The notes under the pieces were generated by a model, which made no database searches, was not told the origin of the DNA, and saw only the letters and a list, made by a program, of their open reading frames with translations. From Macrostomum lignano (Eukaryota), in contig NIVC01003577.1 of the NCBI GenBank assembly GCA_002269645.1, positions 26,161-90,160 on the forward strand: a stretch of DNA of 64,000 nucleotides, written 5' to 3'. Below are positions 21,339-34,624 of the stretch, one piece after another (positions within the stretch are counted from its first letter, which is position 1; each line of letters begins with the position of its first letter). A program made the translations under genes and the position numbers.

Positions 21339-22577
21339 AGTGCACCCACAGGCTGCACTATTCCCCTACTATTAAGTTCCGAACTCTATTTACACATGTA
21401 GATTTTATTCCCGAGAAGTTCAATATTATGTCGTCATTAGTCTTTCTGTGTCTGTTTGTCTGTTTCTTCGATTTGGTTTCAATAGCGTCTAGTCATTTTT
21501 GTTTAACTGGGTAAGGAGTTTCGTTGGAAAGAAACTGTACTTTTCCGTTGTTTACCTGTCCGTCTAGTGCAGAGTCAATAGAGCAGTATTCCCTTACGGC
21601 CCGCGAGACACTCTACTGACGCGCATTAGTCGTCAGTAGACAGATGCACATTATTTTTGCTTTGTTTTTACATCGCGTAAAAGACAATTTCGATTGGCTG
21701 TCTTGTTTGCGTGGCTTATGTCTACTATTTTTCTGCATTATCTGCGTTTAATTTTAGCACAAAGCAACCTTGTATAAGTCGTTACTTTTGTCCCAGTGAG
21801 AGCATGCTTCTATCTAGATGCTATAATACCGTGTACTGTAATGCTATGTACATACTGTAAATCAGGTTCTGCAGTTGCTATTATAGCTTTTGTCTCTCGA
21901 AAATTTGTTTATTCGATAAAGCACTTGCTATTTTTTAGGTACGAGAGTATTTCACTCATGGGATTAAAGTTTGCACACTTCAGGTACAAATCAATTTATA
22001 GGACAACAATATAACGTATTTAATGGAAAAGTTTTCTGCGTTCAAAATATCTTACAAGCAGATCCCGCGCGCTTGTTGAGGCAAATGTTGCAAAAAGACA
22101 GATTGGCCATGTCTGGGCGATATTGAAAAGCTCTTATGGAAGATCTAAGCTCCATAGGCTTAAGGTTTTTCTTTGATCAACGATGAACTTGTCAGAGTTT
22201 AAGACTGCAGCCAAGGACGCCAGAGTTGTCAAGGTGATAAGAGTGGAACTACCGCTCAACACATGGCTTTAATACACGGGCACAAGAATGTGGCAAATAT
22301 CCAGCTGCAGACCATAAGTAAGACTAAGTATCTAACCACAGAAAATGTTTGCCTGAAATCCCTCGTAAACATGGAGTGGATCCGATGTTAGACAAGCTAA
22401 TGATCTGGTGGGAGAGATCTGGCAAACGACTCGATACCCCCAGTTAGCTGCTTCTGAGGGATGCGAGAGCCTCCGCTTGGCACTGAATGGGGAAAATAAA
22501 CCTTAAGAAGTGCGGGCCAAAGGCGTGCATTCCGAAACCTCTCCTTCCGTGGCTGACTCGTGGCCGGAGGAGGGTTA

Positions 22578-22876
22578 TTTTGTTGTTTTTGCTGTTGTCG
22601 TAGTTTTTGTTGTTGTTGTTGCTGTTGTTGTTATCGTCGTCGTCGTTGTTGTTCTTGCTGTTGTTATTGTTGTTGTTGTTGTTGTTTTTGTCGTTGTCGT
22701 TGTTGTTGTTGCTGTTATTATTGCTGTTATTGTTGTTGTTGTTGTTATTGTTATTGTTGTTGTTGTTGTCGTCGTCGTCGTCGTCGTCTTTGTTGTTTTT
22801 GTTGTTGTTGCTGTTGTTGTTGTTGTTATTGTTGTTATTGTTGTTGTTCTTTTTGTTGTTATTGTTGTTTTTGTCG

Positions 22877-22914
<38 letters not shown>

Positions 22915-23005
22915 ATTGTTGTTGTTGTTGTTGTTGTTATTGTTGTTGTTGTCGTTGTTGTTGTTGCTGTTATTGTTGTTGTTGTTGTTATTGTTGTTGT
23001 TGTTG
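22578..23005. repeat. Imperfect (GTT)n trinucleotide repeat
   Basis: Direct inspection. Confidence 0.97.
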
Positions 23006-23790
23006 ATTTAGTCTGGGATTTTTCATGCCGTGGCTACTATCCTCGAATCAAAGTACTCAAGTCAACAGGTTTCAATACTCAAAAACACCATACCGCATGT
23101 GTTTCGAGAGTTTGCGCCAGAAAAATACGGACCGCAATTGAGAGTCAGCACCACCTTCTTGGAGAGAAGACTGTTACGAAGTCTGACATCAGAGCATGTA
23201 AAAAAATTTTGAACAGTTTAAAATAGATATAAAATTGCCTTGAATAATAAATTATTGTACATATTTATTTGTGTGAAGAACTAGTACTGAGACACAACAA
23301 TTGGGGTTGATCAGGTTTTAAAAAGAGATTTAAAGAACATTCAATGCTTTGCCAAGAACAAAACTTAGATTAACACTGCTTACTAATATGATGGACAAAA
23401 AGTAGTATAATGGGCATTTTCATGTATCAACAGTCAGTGCAGCTCGAGATTAAAATGACTTTGAAATGGATATTAATTTTTCTAAGAGAAACCTACTGCG
23501 GCACAAAAAATATAACAAAGCAAATGAAAAAAGTATATTTTAATGAAAAACCAAGCAGACTCGAAAATAAATTGCCATGCTCTTGCCGTCAGGTCATTCA
23601 GAAAATTGGTCGTCGAGAAACGTACACACAATAAAGGGCAGTTGAAGTTTTTACGGTAGTTCTTGGAAATGTTTTCAAAACGTTTTGTTTGTTTTTTGCC
23701 ATAAATATTTTTTTTCGACTTTCTTTAAACCTAGAAGCAATTTCCAATAGCAAACGATCGGATTTTTGTTGATGAACCAGCTGAGTCAGC

Positions 23791-24296
23791 TCACAGGTCG
23801 GTGGCGATTAGGCCGGAGGTCTGCGGTGACGTCACGGGATCGCCGGACGATGTCGTCGGCATGCCGCTGAACGAGTTCTGGCCGCCCAGCAGCGGCTCGG
23901 AGTGCTTTGAGCAGCGTCGGCCTCCTCCTCCTCCTCCGACAGCGCCGCCACCGCCTTCCCCGACGCCTCCACCGCTGCTGCTTTCCGCGCTATCGTGCCG
24001 TTGCTTCGAGCTCAGTTTGAGCCGCTTCTTCCAATAAGCCTTGCCCAGCTTCTCGGAATGATGAGCGTGAGTGGCGCCCTCGGCAACCAGTTTGCGCATC
24101 CGTTTGACCTTGCCGCCTGCGAAGCTGTTCACCTTGGCTAGCAGGGCCTTGGTGGCGTACTCCTGCACACTACTCTTGGACACGTGCACAATCTGCGAGT
24201 GGGAGTAGTATAGCATGAAGTGGTTCACCAGGATGGGCACCGTGAAAGCGATCAGCAGGAGGCCGCTGAGTGCGCAGGCTGAGCCAACGATTCGAC
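23791..24296 (-). CDS. Shaw: Shaw/Kv3-like voltage-gated K+ channel, exon 5 (S6 and C-terminus)
   Basis: Acceptor ATTACAG|GT; GRIVGSACALSGLLLIAFTVPILVNHFMLYY; phase 1 joins exon 4. Confidence 0.9.
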
Positions 24297-24448
24297 CTGT
24301 AATTGTTGAGGTGGTGCCAACACCGATGGTCAGATGGTACACAAAGTAGGTCAGGTGGGTCCAGTATATGTCAGAGACACAAAACTAAGAAAAAAAGGTT
24401 ATCGAGAATCAAAATGAGTCAAAGGTGGTGCCAAAGTGGGTCAGGAGA

Positions 24449-24750
24449 GGGCCGCAGCTCAGTGGTCTAGGGTAGCGCTCTCCTCTTGCGGTCCAGGCTC
24501 GATTCCAAGTGCAGTCGCATTAATTTGGGGCTGAATTGGAATTTCGGCTTGGCTCTGCTCGTGCAATTAACGCCCTTAAGGGCCAACCCCCAAGGCACAG
24601 TGAAGTGTACATGTCTACACTGTTCGGCGCTTGTGTGCCTGCTCAGGGGAAGTCGGCGGAATGGGCAGTAATGCCTCTCGCCGGTTGTGTGACAATGTCG
24701 CTGAAAGTGCGCCAGGGTGCGCATGGCCACTGGCTCTAATAAAAAAATAA
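24449..24750 (+). mobile_element. Full-length tRNA-derived SINE (~300 bp)
   Basis: Pol III A-box-like CAGCTCAGTGG (24455) and B-box-like GGCTCGATTCC (24496), shared body, A-rich tail (TAATAAAAAAATAA). Confidence 0.8.
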
Positions 24751-25577
24751 GTGGGTCGGGAAATTCCAACGTTCTTCATTGGAGGTCAGGGGTCAGGGGC
24801 ACGCTTTGGTGCTCACAAATGCCACACATCCAACATGCATCTTGTGGAGAGCTCGGGAAGACATTGAGTTCGATACAAAGCAGCAAATTTATCATCAACC
24901 AGGTGCACCGATTTTTACCTTAGCCATTTCACCTTGAGGTGATTATTCAAGAGATCCTTAAAGGCTTACAGATCAACTCGGTAATAATACGTATAGTATA
25001 GACGAAATTCACAGTCCGCACAAGTGCTACTGCACTAAATGAACAGTCGTGCGTTACTATTTTGTGAATTCAGCTGCGACCAAACAATAAAAGTTATGAC
25101 TGATGATGAAACATTAACACGTTCGACATTTTTCGGGATAAAGTTTTTAGCTAATCATAGATTTTTAAAGTCTAGACTTCGTATTTTATCCGTGGACATT
25201 GTTGCAGAACTGTTGCAGTAAGAGCTAACCAGCCGCCGAGACTTTTTCAGCTCTACTGCGATGCTAGCGATTAAGCCTTCCATTACTGACTGCAGCCGTA
25301 AGTGCACGATCGTAAACGCGGGCGAAGGGGTGCAGGGGAGCTTGCCGCTGCTGCCTCTAGTTCGAAGGCTTTCGAAAATTGAATTTTTATGATGGTGAAA
25401 AGCTTGTATAAGTGTCATGGAGAACTAGGTTAGAACGAATAACCTGGATTAAGCAACTCCGCATTCTATGCATTTTAGGAACGATGGCTCAACCATAACT
25501 GGAGATTCCTTTTGGCTTGTGGCAGTGTGATAGCGTAGCACAAGACCTGCCGGAAGTTACTGGCAGGTAATGATAGA

Positions 25578-25955
25578 TTTTTATCAGAGTCAGTGCCTGT
25601 TTGCACCCTGGCGCACTTTAAGCGACATTGTCACACAACCATCGAGAGGCATTACTACTGCCCATTCCGCCGACTCTCCTGCTGAGCAGGCACACAAGCG
25701 CGTGGATACGTACGCAGTCACACACACAGGCACACACTTATACAGGAGTAATGAACACACTGAGTAATAAACTTTATTTATCATTAGGCATGTGCACCTC
25801 ACTGTGCTTTGGGGTTGGCCCTCAAAGCCGTTAATTGCACGAGCAGAGCCAAGCCGAGATTCCAATTTAGCTCCAAAATTATTGCGACTGCACTTGGAAT
25901 CGAGCCTGCGCCGCCAGCACATCAGACCTCCATGCTAGACCACTGGGCGACGGCC
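25578..25955 (-). mobile_element. Full-length tRNA-derived SINE, inverted relative to the copy at 24449
   Basis: Reverse complement GGCCGTCGCCCAGTGGTCTAG...GGCTCGATTCCAAGTGCAGTCGCA...GGCTTGGCTCTGCTCGTGCAATTAACG matches the other copy. Confidence 0.8.
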
Positions 25956-26644
25956 TATAGATAAGCTGCAAATAAAGTACATGTAAATTTTGATCTTGTA
26001 CAGTTACTATTGTTAATTTCCCTAAAGAAAAGGATGTTCAAAGCAAAAAGATTCGCTATGAAAGCTGGCTATCGAGCCTAAGATATCAGATCCACTATGA
26101 GTTCTTTCTCAAAGCATCTGAGCGACCCTCCAATGAGTCACAGAATTTCAGCGACTCCCCCAATAAGCCTTGACTACTGCAGGCTCAGGTTTCTGGTTCT
26201 CCTTCGGAGAGTCAGCATTCGGAATGAAAGGTGAAAGATTTCCAACCTCAATGTTTTATTTCGTCGATGCTGCTTCAATCAGGTCTGCTATCTGCCACTA
26301 GAAGCAGTGGCGCACTTGACCCATAAGCTGGCAGCCTTCAACAATCATAGGGCATTTTCTCTCTCTACGTTTTTCCTCCTGTCTACAGGCCCCGGTTGGT
26401 GCCAAATTTCAATGGTCTTCTGTTTATCACATTTGCTGGTGGTATATACGAGATGGCGCCTGTCTGTCCGCTAGTGCATTGTGATGCTTGGCCGAATTGA
26501 TCGAAAAAGTAAGAGAGGGTAGCCTTAAAGTGCATTTCTTTGGCGATGTTTTTCTTCCGATTTTGGTAATTTTTTGGTAATTTGGTAATGTTGAAATGCA
26601 GTGGAAATTGGGTAGATGATGTATCTGTGTGCCGATGAAACTGG

Positions 26645-27425
26645 GTACCTGGTGAGGGATCTGGGTGTACCTGGTCAGGTATCTGGGTGTACCTGGTTAG
26701 GTATCTGGGTGTACCTGGTCAGGTATCTGGGTGTACCTGGTTAGGTATCTGGGTGTACCTGGTTAGGTATCTGGGTGTACCTGGTCAAGTATCTGGGTGT
26801 ACCTGGTCAGGTATCTGGGTGTACCTGGTTAGGCATCTGGGTGTACCTGGTCAAGTATCTGGGTGTACCTGGTCAGGTATCTGGGTGTACCTGGTTAGGT
26901 ATCTGGGTGTACCTGGTTAGGTATCTGTGTGTACCTGGTCAAGTATCTGGGTGTACCTGGTCAGGTATCTGGGTGTACCTGGTCAGGTATCTGGGTGTAC
27001 CTGGTCAGGTATCTGGGTGTACCTGGTCAGGTATCTGGGTGTACCTGGTCAGTTATCTGGGTGTACCTGGTCAGGTATCTGGGTGTACCTGGTTAGGTAT
27101 CTGGGTGTACCTGGTTAGGTATCTGGGTGTACCTGGTCAAGTATCTGGGTGTACCTGGTCAGGTATCTGGGTGTACCTGGTTAGGTATCTGGGTGTACCT
27201 GGTTAGGTATCTGGGTGTACCAGGTCAGGTATCTGGGTGTACCTGGTCAGGTATCTGGGTGTACCTGGTCAGGTATCTGGGTGTACCTGGTCAGGTATCT
27301 GGGTGTACCTGGTCAGGTAATCTGGGTGTACCTGGTCAGGTATCTGGGTGTACCTGGCCAAGTATCTGGGTGTACCTGGTCAAATATCTGGGTGTACCTG
27401 GTCAGGTATCTGGGTGTACCTGGGC
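26645..27425. repeat. 22-bp minisatellite (GTACCTGGTCAGGTATCTGGGT) in Kv intron 4
   Basis: Direct inspection. Confidence 0.96.
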
Positions 27426-27444
27426 AACAAAAGTTGTGTCTCAC

Positions 27445-28278
27445 CTGGCCACGTCTGCGGCACCAGATCGCCGTATCCAACCGTTGTCATGGTAACTAAT
27501 GACCACCAGAACCCGTCAAACATGGAGGTGAATCTCGAGTCGGTGCCCTGCCGATTGCACTTGGAGCAGTCGGTGGCTCCGCCCGCCGCTCCGCCCCCTG
27601 CGGCTGTCTGACTGTCGGATTTCTCGCAGAAGAAGATCAGAGTGCTGAAAAGCAGAGTCCCCAGAGCGACGAACACCCCCATGAGCATGAGGTCGCGGAA
27701 GGAGGTGCGCAGAGTGTAGATGAGCACTTGCAGACCCCGGTAGTGCCTGCCGATCCTCAGCAGCCTCATGAACAGGGTGATCTTCAGGAAGGCGATGTAC
27801 TCAGCCGGTCCAAAGTAGCTGCTGTCGGAGAATTCCACAATGCCGCAGAAGAACTTCAGCAGCTCGTTAATGTAGAAGGGTAAAATTGACAGAAAGTCAA
27901 TTATGGTGTAGTTATTCTTGAAATAGGCCAGCTTGTTCTTGCAGCAGATGAACCGGACGCAGAAATCGAACGTGAGGGTGCCGAACGCGATCCAGTCTGG
28001 AAAGGTCAGCCAGTCCACTTTGATCTTGGCGCTGGCGTCCGTTCGGTTGCCGTACCAGGCGGGGTGCTTGGCCGAGTAGAAGGCCACCTCTCCGGGCGTC
28101 ATGGGTCGCTGGAATCGTTCCGAGGTGCTGGCCACGAAGCTGAACACCGTGTACAGCACCGTGACGCTCAGGATGACGGCGTACACGGCGGCTGGGAAAC
28201 TCGACGAGGGATGATCGAGAATCTTCCAGCAGCGTTTGCGCAGAGCGATCAGGGCTTCTTTGATTCGCTTGCGCCAGC
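27445..28278 (-). CDS. Shaw: Shaw/Kv3-like K+ channel, exon 4 (S1-S5 and pore)
   Basis: CWKILDHPSSS; IIDFLSILPFY (S3); FMRLLRIGRHYRGLQVL (S4); FWWSLVTMTTVGYGDLVP (selectivity filter); acceptor TTAAG|GC, donor CCAG|GTGAGA; length 834 (multiple of 3). Confidence 0.95.
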
Positions 28279-28651
28279 CTTAATGGGATATTTTTGAGTG
28301 TATAAAATTGATATTTTTTGTATTTTTTATTATTCCATTCTATTTTTTCTTCCGGCTGCATTAATATTCTGGCATCCGTCAAATTTCAATATCTCTTGAC
28401 AATCGGCTGCGACTGCACTTTTACCCCTCTGTCCCGTTTTCTTGTCTCTCCCCTCTCGCTGCGCTGATTGGCTGTGGCTAAACTTCTGAACCCCCCCTGT
28501 TTCGATTTTCTTATCTCTTCCCTCTCTCTGCGCTGATTGGCTGTGGCAAACTTCCACCCATCTGTCCCATTTTTTCTGATCCCACGTGTTTCACTTGGAG
28601 CTATTGAACATGCATGAATTTGTAAGTTACACCAGAAAGACATCCCCCTAC

Positions 28652-28900
28652 CGTGTGCCTTTGACAAATCCTTCGACAGGTGCTCCTCAAGCTCCACGCT
28701 GTTCGGCAGCAGAAGCGGCTCGCTCTCCATCTCCTCTTTGAAGAAATTTTCAAACTTTTTCAGACTGACCAGACGACTTTTAGTGTCCATGAGGTGCGAG
28801 ACGCAGCAGTTCTGTATTTCGATGACTGACTGAATGCCCCACAGAGCCAGTTCGCGTTCGAGCAGGGGACCGCAGTAGTGATGAGGCACATGAAGCTCGC
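28652..28900 (-). CDS. Shaw: Shaw/Kv3-like K+ channel, exon 3 (T1 C-terminal part)
   Basis: GELHVPHHYCGPLLERELALWGI...QNCC resembles the Kv3 T1 motif [23 protein letters not shown]...CC; acceptor CCTAG|GC; donor G|GTAGGG is weaker. Confidence 0.85.
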
Positions 28901-29021
28901 CTAGGTTTGCGGGTGAGTTGGGTTGACTTTTCTCATTCCTCAGTCCCTAAGTTGTACGAGTTTATGACTCGAGAGTTTTACTAGAGAATCTTCAGGATTG
29001 AGTCCTTAGGTGGGAACTCAC

Positions 29022-29363
29022 CGTATCGGCAGTACCACAGCACAATCTTGAATATGGCCGGGTCCCTATCGAAGTAGTACTCTTGCTGAGCGGCCCTGTA
29101 GATTCCATCGTGCAACAGTTTGTCGTAGATGTACCTCTGGTTCAGCAGAGTTGCCCGCAGCACTTCGAAACGCGTACCGCTGATGTTCAGTCGGATCAGG
29201 CCCAGTACGTCCAGATTGTCCAAGTCAAGCGACTCGGCGCACTCCAAAGAGTTCTCGTCGATGAAGTGCAGATTCTCGAAGTCCGTCTTGGACAGCTCGA
29301 TCAGCTGCTGACGCTGCAGGTCGCTCAGCGAAGGCATCCTAGCGCGGCTGCTTCGCCTGCCGG
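29022..29363 (-). CDS. Shaw: Shaw/Kv3-like K+ channel, exon 2 (T1 domain)
   Basis: LIRLNISGTRFEV...QEYYFDRDPAIFKIVLWYCRYG; acceptor GTTGCAG|CC, donor G|GTGAGT; 342 nt, phase 1-1. Confidence 0.88.
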
Positions 29364-31295
29364 CTGCAACCAAAATGATCGCAAACTGATGAAGCAGAAA
29401 TGATACTGTAGGCAAGTATTGGTTGTTTTTGCTGTGGCAATAGTTCCACCTTTCTGCCCATGGGAGAGGGCTACATGTCGGTTTTTGAAGAGCTTGGTTG
29501 GGGGATGACGGCTGATGGCATGCAAAATATCTTGTCTAACCCCGTGAAACGGACTGTAACGATGCAAATACGGAGCGCTGGAACTTGCGGGACCTGGTAG
29601 CACCGAATCGCCTTCGAAAAATACCATTAGCCAGTTTTTTGTACTCTCCGTGAATCCCAGAATCCAAGGTTCGACTGGTCTCCCTCTCTCTCTCTCTCAG
29701 GGTATTCAAGGTGTTCACTTTCTGATCTGTTGCAGAGAGTTTTTTTTTCGCCAGCCGCCGCCACAGGAAAGAAGCTGTTGACGTTTCTGTCACAGCTGCC
29801 GCGCGACCACCCGAAAGTGAATGAAGGAGTGACTGGCAGGCATGGGCAGCGGATCCATGTCCCACGGGGTCCGTATGAACTCCTCACTGGCTGCTTTGAA
29901 CAGCTTGAACCGCTGGTGCTAAATTTTCCCTGTTGCATCTGCGATGACATGACTGATAAACCAGCAGCGATTCCGTTTTTTTCTTTAAAACGATTTATCT
30001 TAGCGTAGATTTGTGGTTCACACTCCTCGCAACGCAATTATTTTTTTACCGAACTGACCTCCGATTAACTGTTGGAATGCGCTGTACAAATGACTCCAGA
30101 TTTTTTTGGCGGAAATAAAATACCTTTAGTGACATCTTGACAGCTCTTTTGCATACACCATTTAGAAATACAGAAATTTCTTGTTAGCCATGAAGAATCG
30201 TGAAAATAGAAAAGTTGGTAACAGTTCAGTCGACAAAAGTGCAGTATTTGAAGTAAGGACCAATGTTCTCTTAACAGTTCACGGATTGAGCAGAACAGGA
30301 ACGACGTCAGTCTATTTGAGAATTCTGAACATATAGCCGGATTGACTTTTCTTTTAAGACGCTTCCGACTTCAACTGCAGAGGAAAGTTCATGACGATTG
30401 TTCAAGCATGTGGCAGTCTAATAATCTTACCGTGTCCGCGATCTCTGTTACCGATGCTCATTCCCGAGATGCCGCCGCTCTGGCAGTACATTTTGGCGCA
30501 ATTGAAAAAAGAGCTTTTATTGACAGCTACAGGCTGTGTTTTTGTTAAAAAAAGATTTACGCCGGTCAGGATTGCATTGAATAATCGAACAGTCGACTCC
30601 AAGGGCCAAATCTTTTTCTCTGGGAGGCGGCAGAAGCCACGTAGGCAATAAATAAATCCCAATCGAGCTAAATTGAATCCCAATGCGTCTTAGGCCGGGG
30701 ACAAGATCTCGTCCTATCCCAATTCATTTCTGTTTCCCCTCATTTCTAATAATATCTTCAAGCTGATGCGGATCGATTTTTGTGGCCTCAGCGCAACACG
30801 AGAGAGGGTGGGTGATGGGGGAGGGATGGAGAGGCCATGGATGCTGACTGGGGGGGGGGGCGTGGTAAACGTAGATTTTTCGGGAAGAAAGAAGGCATTT
30901 AAAAGTTGGGATTCAAGGCCAATATCGGGCAAGCTGGGGTATTTATAGGCCATTAGGCCAAATTTGAGGGACAGATTTCTTGAAAGCTTTTGCCAGGCAA
31001 TCATCAGTTTGATCCTCCCAGCAACTTGGCATGACTGAAAAGGCTCGAAAAGAATCCACGAATCGCTAATTAATTGGTCAGGCATGGTCCGAAAGCTGAT
31101 TGATGCCTGAAGTTCTGAAAGTACTTTTATTTATACTGCCTGGGTTGAAGTTCATGTACAACAAGGATAAACGGATGGTCCAGTGAAGGATAGCACAATA
31201 AGATCTGTTCGAACATTTTGGACATTTATCTGCCACAAAAATCATAAAGTGGCTACTTAACAGTAGTAGTAAAAATATACTGAACGACATTTTAC

Positions 31296-31863
31296 CTCTA
31301 CCAGAAGCGCTGCTCTCCCCAGCCACGCTGCTCCTAGCCGAAGCGTTGCCCGCTCCGTCGCCGTCAAACAGCACGCTGACGCTTTTCTTGCGCGCCCGGA
31401 AGATGTTGCCGATGCTCGGCCGAGGTGCCAGGTTAAATCCGATGCTGCCTCCGCCACCACCTCCGCCGCCGCCGCTGCCATCGCTAGCGGGCACCTCTAG
31501 GGAGCTTCGAGTTTCCCCAGTGCCACCGCCGCCGCCGGCACCGCCTCCTCCAGCTGTTGAACTGCTGCAAAAGTCGTCTTCGATCACAATGCCGGGATTG
31601 GTAGCGACCTGCGGCTGTGGTGATGCCTGCGACGAAGAGGACTCTTGTTGCTGAAGCTGCTGCTGCTGCTGTTGATACTGTTGCTGCAGCAGCTTCTTTG
31701 TAGCCGCCGCTGCGGAGGCTTGCGGAGAAGATTTCCGCGAAATAAACAACGGTCGGTGGAACTTCTTGCCAGCCGACAGGGAGAGACGCTCCTCACTACT
31801 GGCGCCTCGACTGATCGGACGATCGGGATCGGAGTTCGTTGGTGTGTGTAAAAAGTGCGCCAT
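31296..31863 (-). CDS. Shaw: Probable exon 1 of the Kv channel (low-complexity N-terminus)
   Basis: GC-rich ORF from ATG 31863 with poly-Q/G; phase-1 donor AGAG|GTAAAA matches the exon-2 acceptor, giving an 832-aa model. The linkage rests on phase and strand only. Confidence 0.6.
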
Positions 31864-32099
31864 GCTTCGGCTGATGAAGTGACGCTGTCTGGAAAGTTTT
31901 TGAGCATCTGGGCATTTCAGGATTTTAAACAGTTGAGAGGTACTTTAAGTACCTATCATATTTTGGCGTCATGATGAGTAAGCTGTGGGGTTTCAAGTTG
32001 TAGGTCTAGACGTTTAGAGTCGATTAATAAGTATCGGTAAGTATTTCCTAGTGTCTTTAGGCTTTTTGGATACACTAAAGAGTGAGCACTAAAGGTTTT

Positions 32100-33185
32100 T
32101 TCCTGCTATGTTTAGCTTGTGGGTACAGTAAGTGTCTATAAGCTTGTCCTGGTGTGTTTAGGACAAACCTTGTTGGTACAGTAAGTACCTATAAAAATGT
32201 ATAGCAATTCATAGGTTTTGGGTACAGTAAGTGCCTAGAATTTGTCCTTGTGTGTTTAGGTTGTGGGTACAGCAAGTGCCTAGAATTTGTCCTGGTGTGT
32301 TTAGGTTGTGGGTACAGCAAGTGCCTAGAATTTGTCCTGGTGCGTTTAAGTTTTGGGTACAGTAAGTGCCTAGAATTTTTCCTGTTGTGTTTAGGTTGTG
32401 GGTACAGTAAGTGCCTAGAATTTGTCCTGGTGTGTTTAGGTTGTGGGTACAGTAAGTGCCTAGAATTTTTCCTGTTGTGTTTAGGTTGTGGGTACAGTAA
32501 GTGCCTAGAATTTGTCCTGGTGTGTTTAGGTTGTGGGTACAGTAAGTGTCTAGAATTTTTCCTGTTGTGTTTAGGTTGTGGGTACAGTAAGTGCCTAGAA
32601 TTTTTCCTGGTGTGTTTAGATTGTGGGTACAGCAAGTGCCTAGAATTTTTCCTGTTGTGTTTAGGTTGTGGGTACAGTAAGTGCCTGTAGGCTTGTCCCA
32701 GTGTGCTTTGGTTGTGGATAAAGTAAGTGTCTATAAGCTTGTTCCCTGGTGTGTTTAGATTGTGGGTACAGCAAGTGCCTAGAGTTTGTCCTGGTGTGTT
32801 TAGGTTGTGGGTTCAGTAAGTGCCTAGAATTTGTCCTGGTGTGCTTAGGTTGTGGGTACAGTAAGTGCCTAGAACTTGTCCTGGTGTGTTTAGGTTGTGG
32901 GTTCAGTAAGTGCCTAGAATTTGTGCTGGTGTGTTTAGGTTGTGGGTTCAGTAAGTGCCTAGAATTTGTGCTGGTGTGTTTAGGTTGTGGGTTCAGTAAG
33001 TGCCTAGAATTTGTGCTGGTGTGCTTAGGTTGTGGGTTCAGTAAGTGCCTAGAATTTGTCCTGGTGTGTTTAGGTTGTGGGTTCAGTAAGTGCCTAGAAT
33101 TTGTCCTGGTGTGTTTAGGTTGTGGGTTCAGTAAGTGCCTAGAATTTGTCCTGGTGTGTTTAGGTTGTGGGTTCAGTAAGTGCAT
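32100..33185. repeat. 45-bp minisatellite (GGTACAGTAAGTGCCTAGAATTTGTCCTGGTGTGTTTAGGTTGTG)
   Basis: Direct inspection; gives a 15-aa periodic spurious ORF. Confidence 0.95.
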
Positions 33186-34149
33186 TTAAGTTAGTGTATT
33201 CGTTCAGTCTTTTGCTGAAAATCTATAACTAACCTGTCAGTGTAGGATCAATTTACAAAACTTTATGGGTCCATTTAGTTATTTTCTCAATGTAAGACGG
33301 AAGTAGTTTCGTACGAGTACAAAAGAATAGTTGCAACCCAGAGGCAGCAGATGGTTCCTTTCAAACCTAAAAGTTGACAAATTAGGAATTGTAGCTTTTT
33401 CTAGCTCTTATTTGCTACAGCTATAGACGACTAACAACAAATTCACTCGAGGTCGAACACACGCTAGCGATAAAACTTGAGTATACTTTTTAGCTTTCCA
33501 AGTTTGCTCAGTCAATACCAAGGCTTGTGCTGAGAGGCTTTTGCTTAGCTGAAAGATCTCAATTCGAGGTTGTAAAAATACTGCCATAGGAGTCAAATCA
33601 AGCAAGACCCTGAGACCCAGCAGTGTGGGGTTGCAATGCGGTCATGCAAGTGAGTCGGGTGATCCGCTAAGAGAAGACCAATATCGATACAGCAACAGTT
33701 TTCTTTGGAGAAGAGAATTTATGAAATAATTATACTTTACACTTGAAGGCTAGCAGGCTACACTCTGCACTCTATCCACGAATGTGGATTGATATACAGG
33801 TGTATAGGTATATACATGTACAAGTACGTGGGTACTTTTCGATGTGGAAGCATAGCATGCACAATGTATCTTTCAACAGAGTTATATCTCTCCAGAGAGT
33901 ATCCAGCGTTAGGCTTGAGCTGAGCGGGCTTAAATAATCAAACACTCTCGGAGGACCAGATTTTGGAACCGACTGGGACCGACTTCCTCAGTTTGAAATG
34001 TCTGCTAGATACAGGAAACCAGAACTTTCTGGATAAGCTTTTCTAGTCAATGTTTGCTGTGCTCAGAAAAGTTATTGATGATCCGATAGAGGGACTGAGC
34101 TAACCTTTTTTGGACAGGCTAGCTCATGAATTATTGGCTGTGTACTTTC

Positions 34150-34624
34150 AACTGACTGGCGGACTGACTGACTGACTGACTGACTGACTGACTGACTGAC
34201 TGACTGACTGACTGACTGACTGACTGACTGACTGACTGACTGACTGACTGACTCACTGACTGACTCACTGACTGACTGACTGACTGACTGACTGACTGAC
34301 TGACTGACTGACTGACTGACTGACTGACTGACTGACTGACTGACTGACTGACTGACTGACTGACTGACTGACTGACTGACTGACTGACTGACTGACTGAC
34401 TGACTGACTGACTGACTGACTGACTGACTGACTGACTGACTGACTGACTGACTGACTGACTGACTCACTGACTGATTGACTGACTCACTGACTGACTCAC
34501 TGACTGACTGACTGACTGACTGACTGACTGACTGACTGACTGACTGACTGACTGACTGACTGACTCACTGACTGACTGACTGACTGACTGACTGACTGAC
34601 TGACTGACTGACTGACTGACTGAC
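34150..34624. repeat. (GACT)n microsatellite
   Basis: Direct inspection. Confidence 0.98.

Noticed and set aside
24449-24510. tRNA gene
   Set aside because: A/B boxes are present but no cloverleaf can be drawn, and the sequence continues into a shared repeat body, so it is a SINE head.
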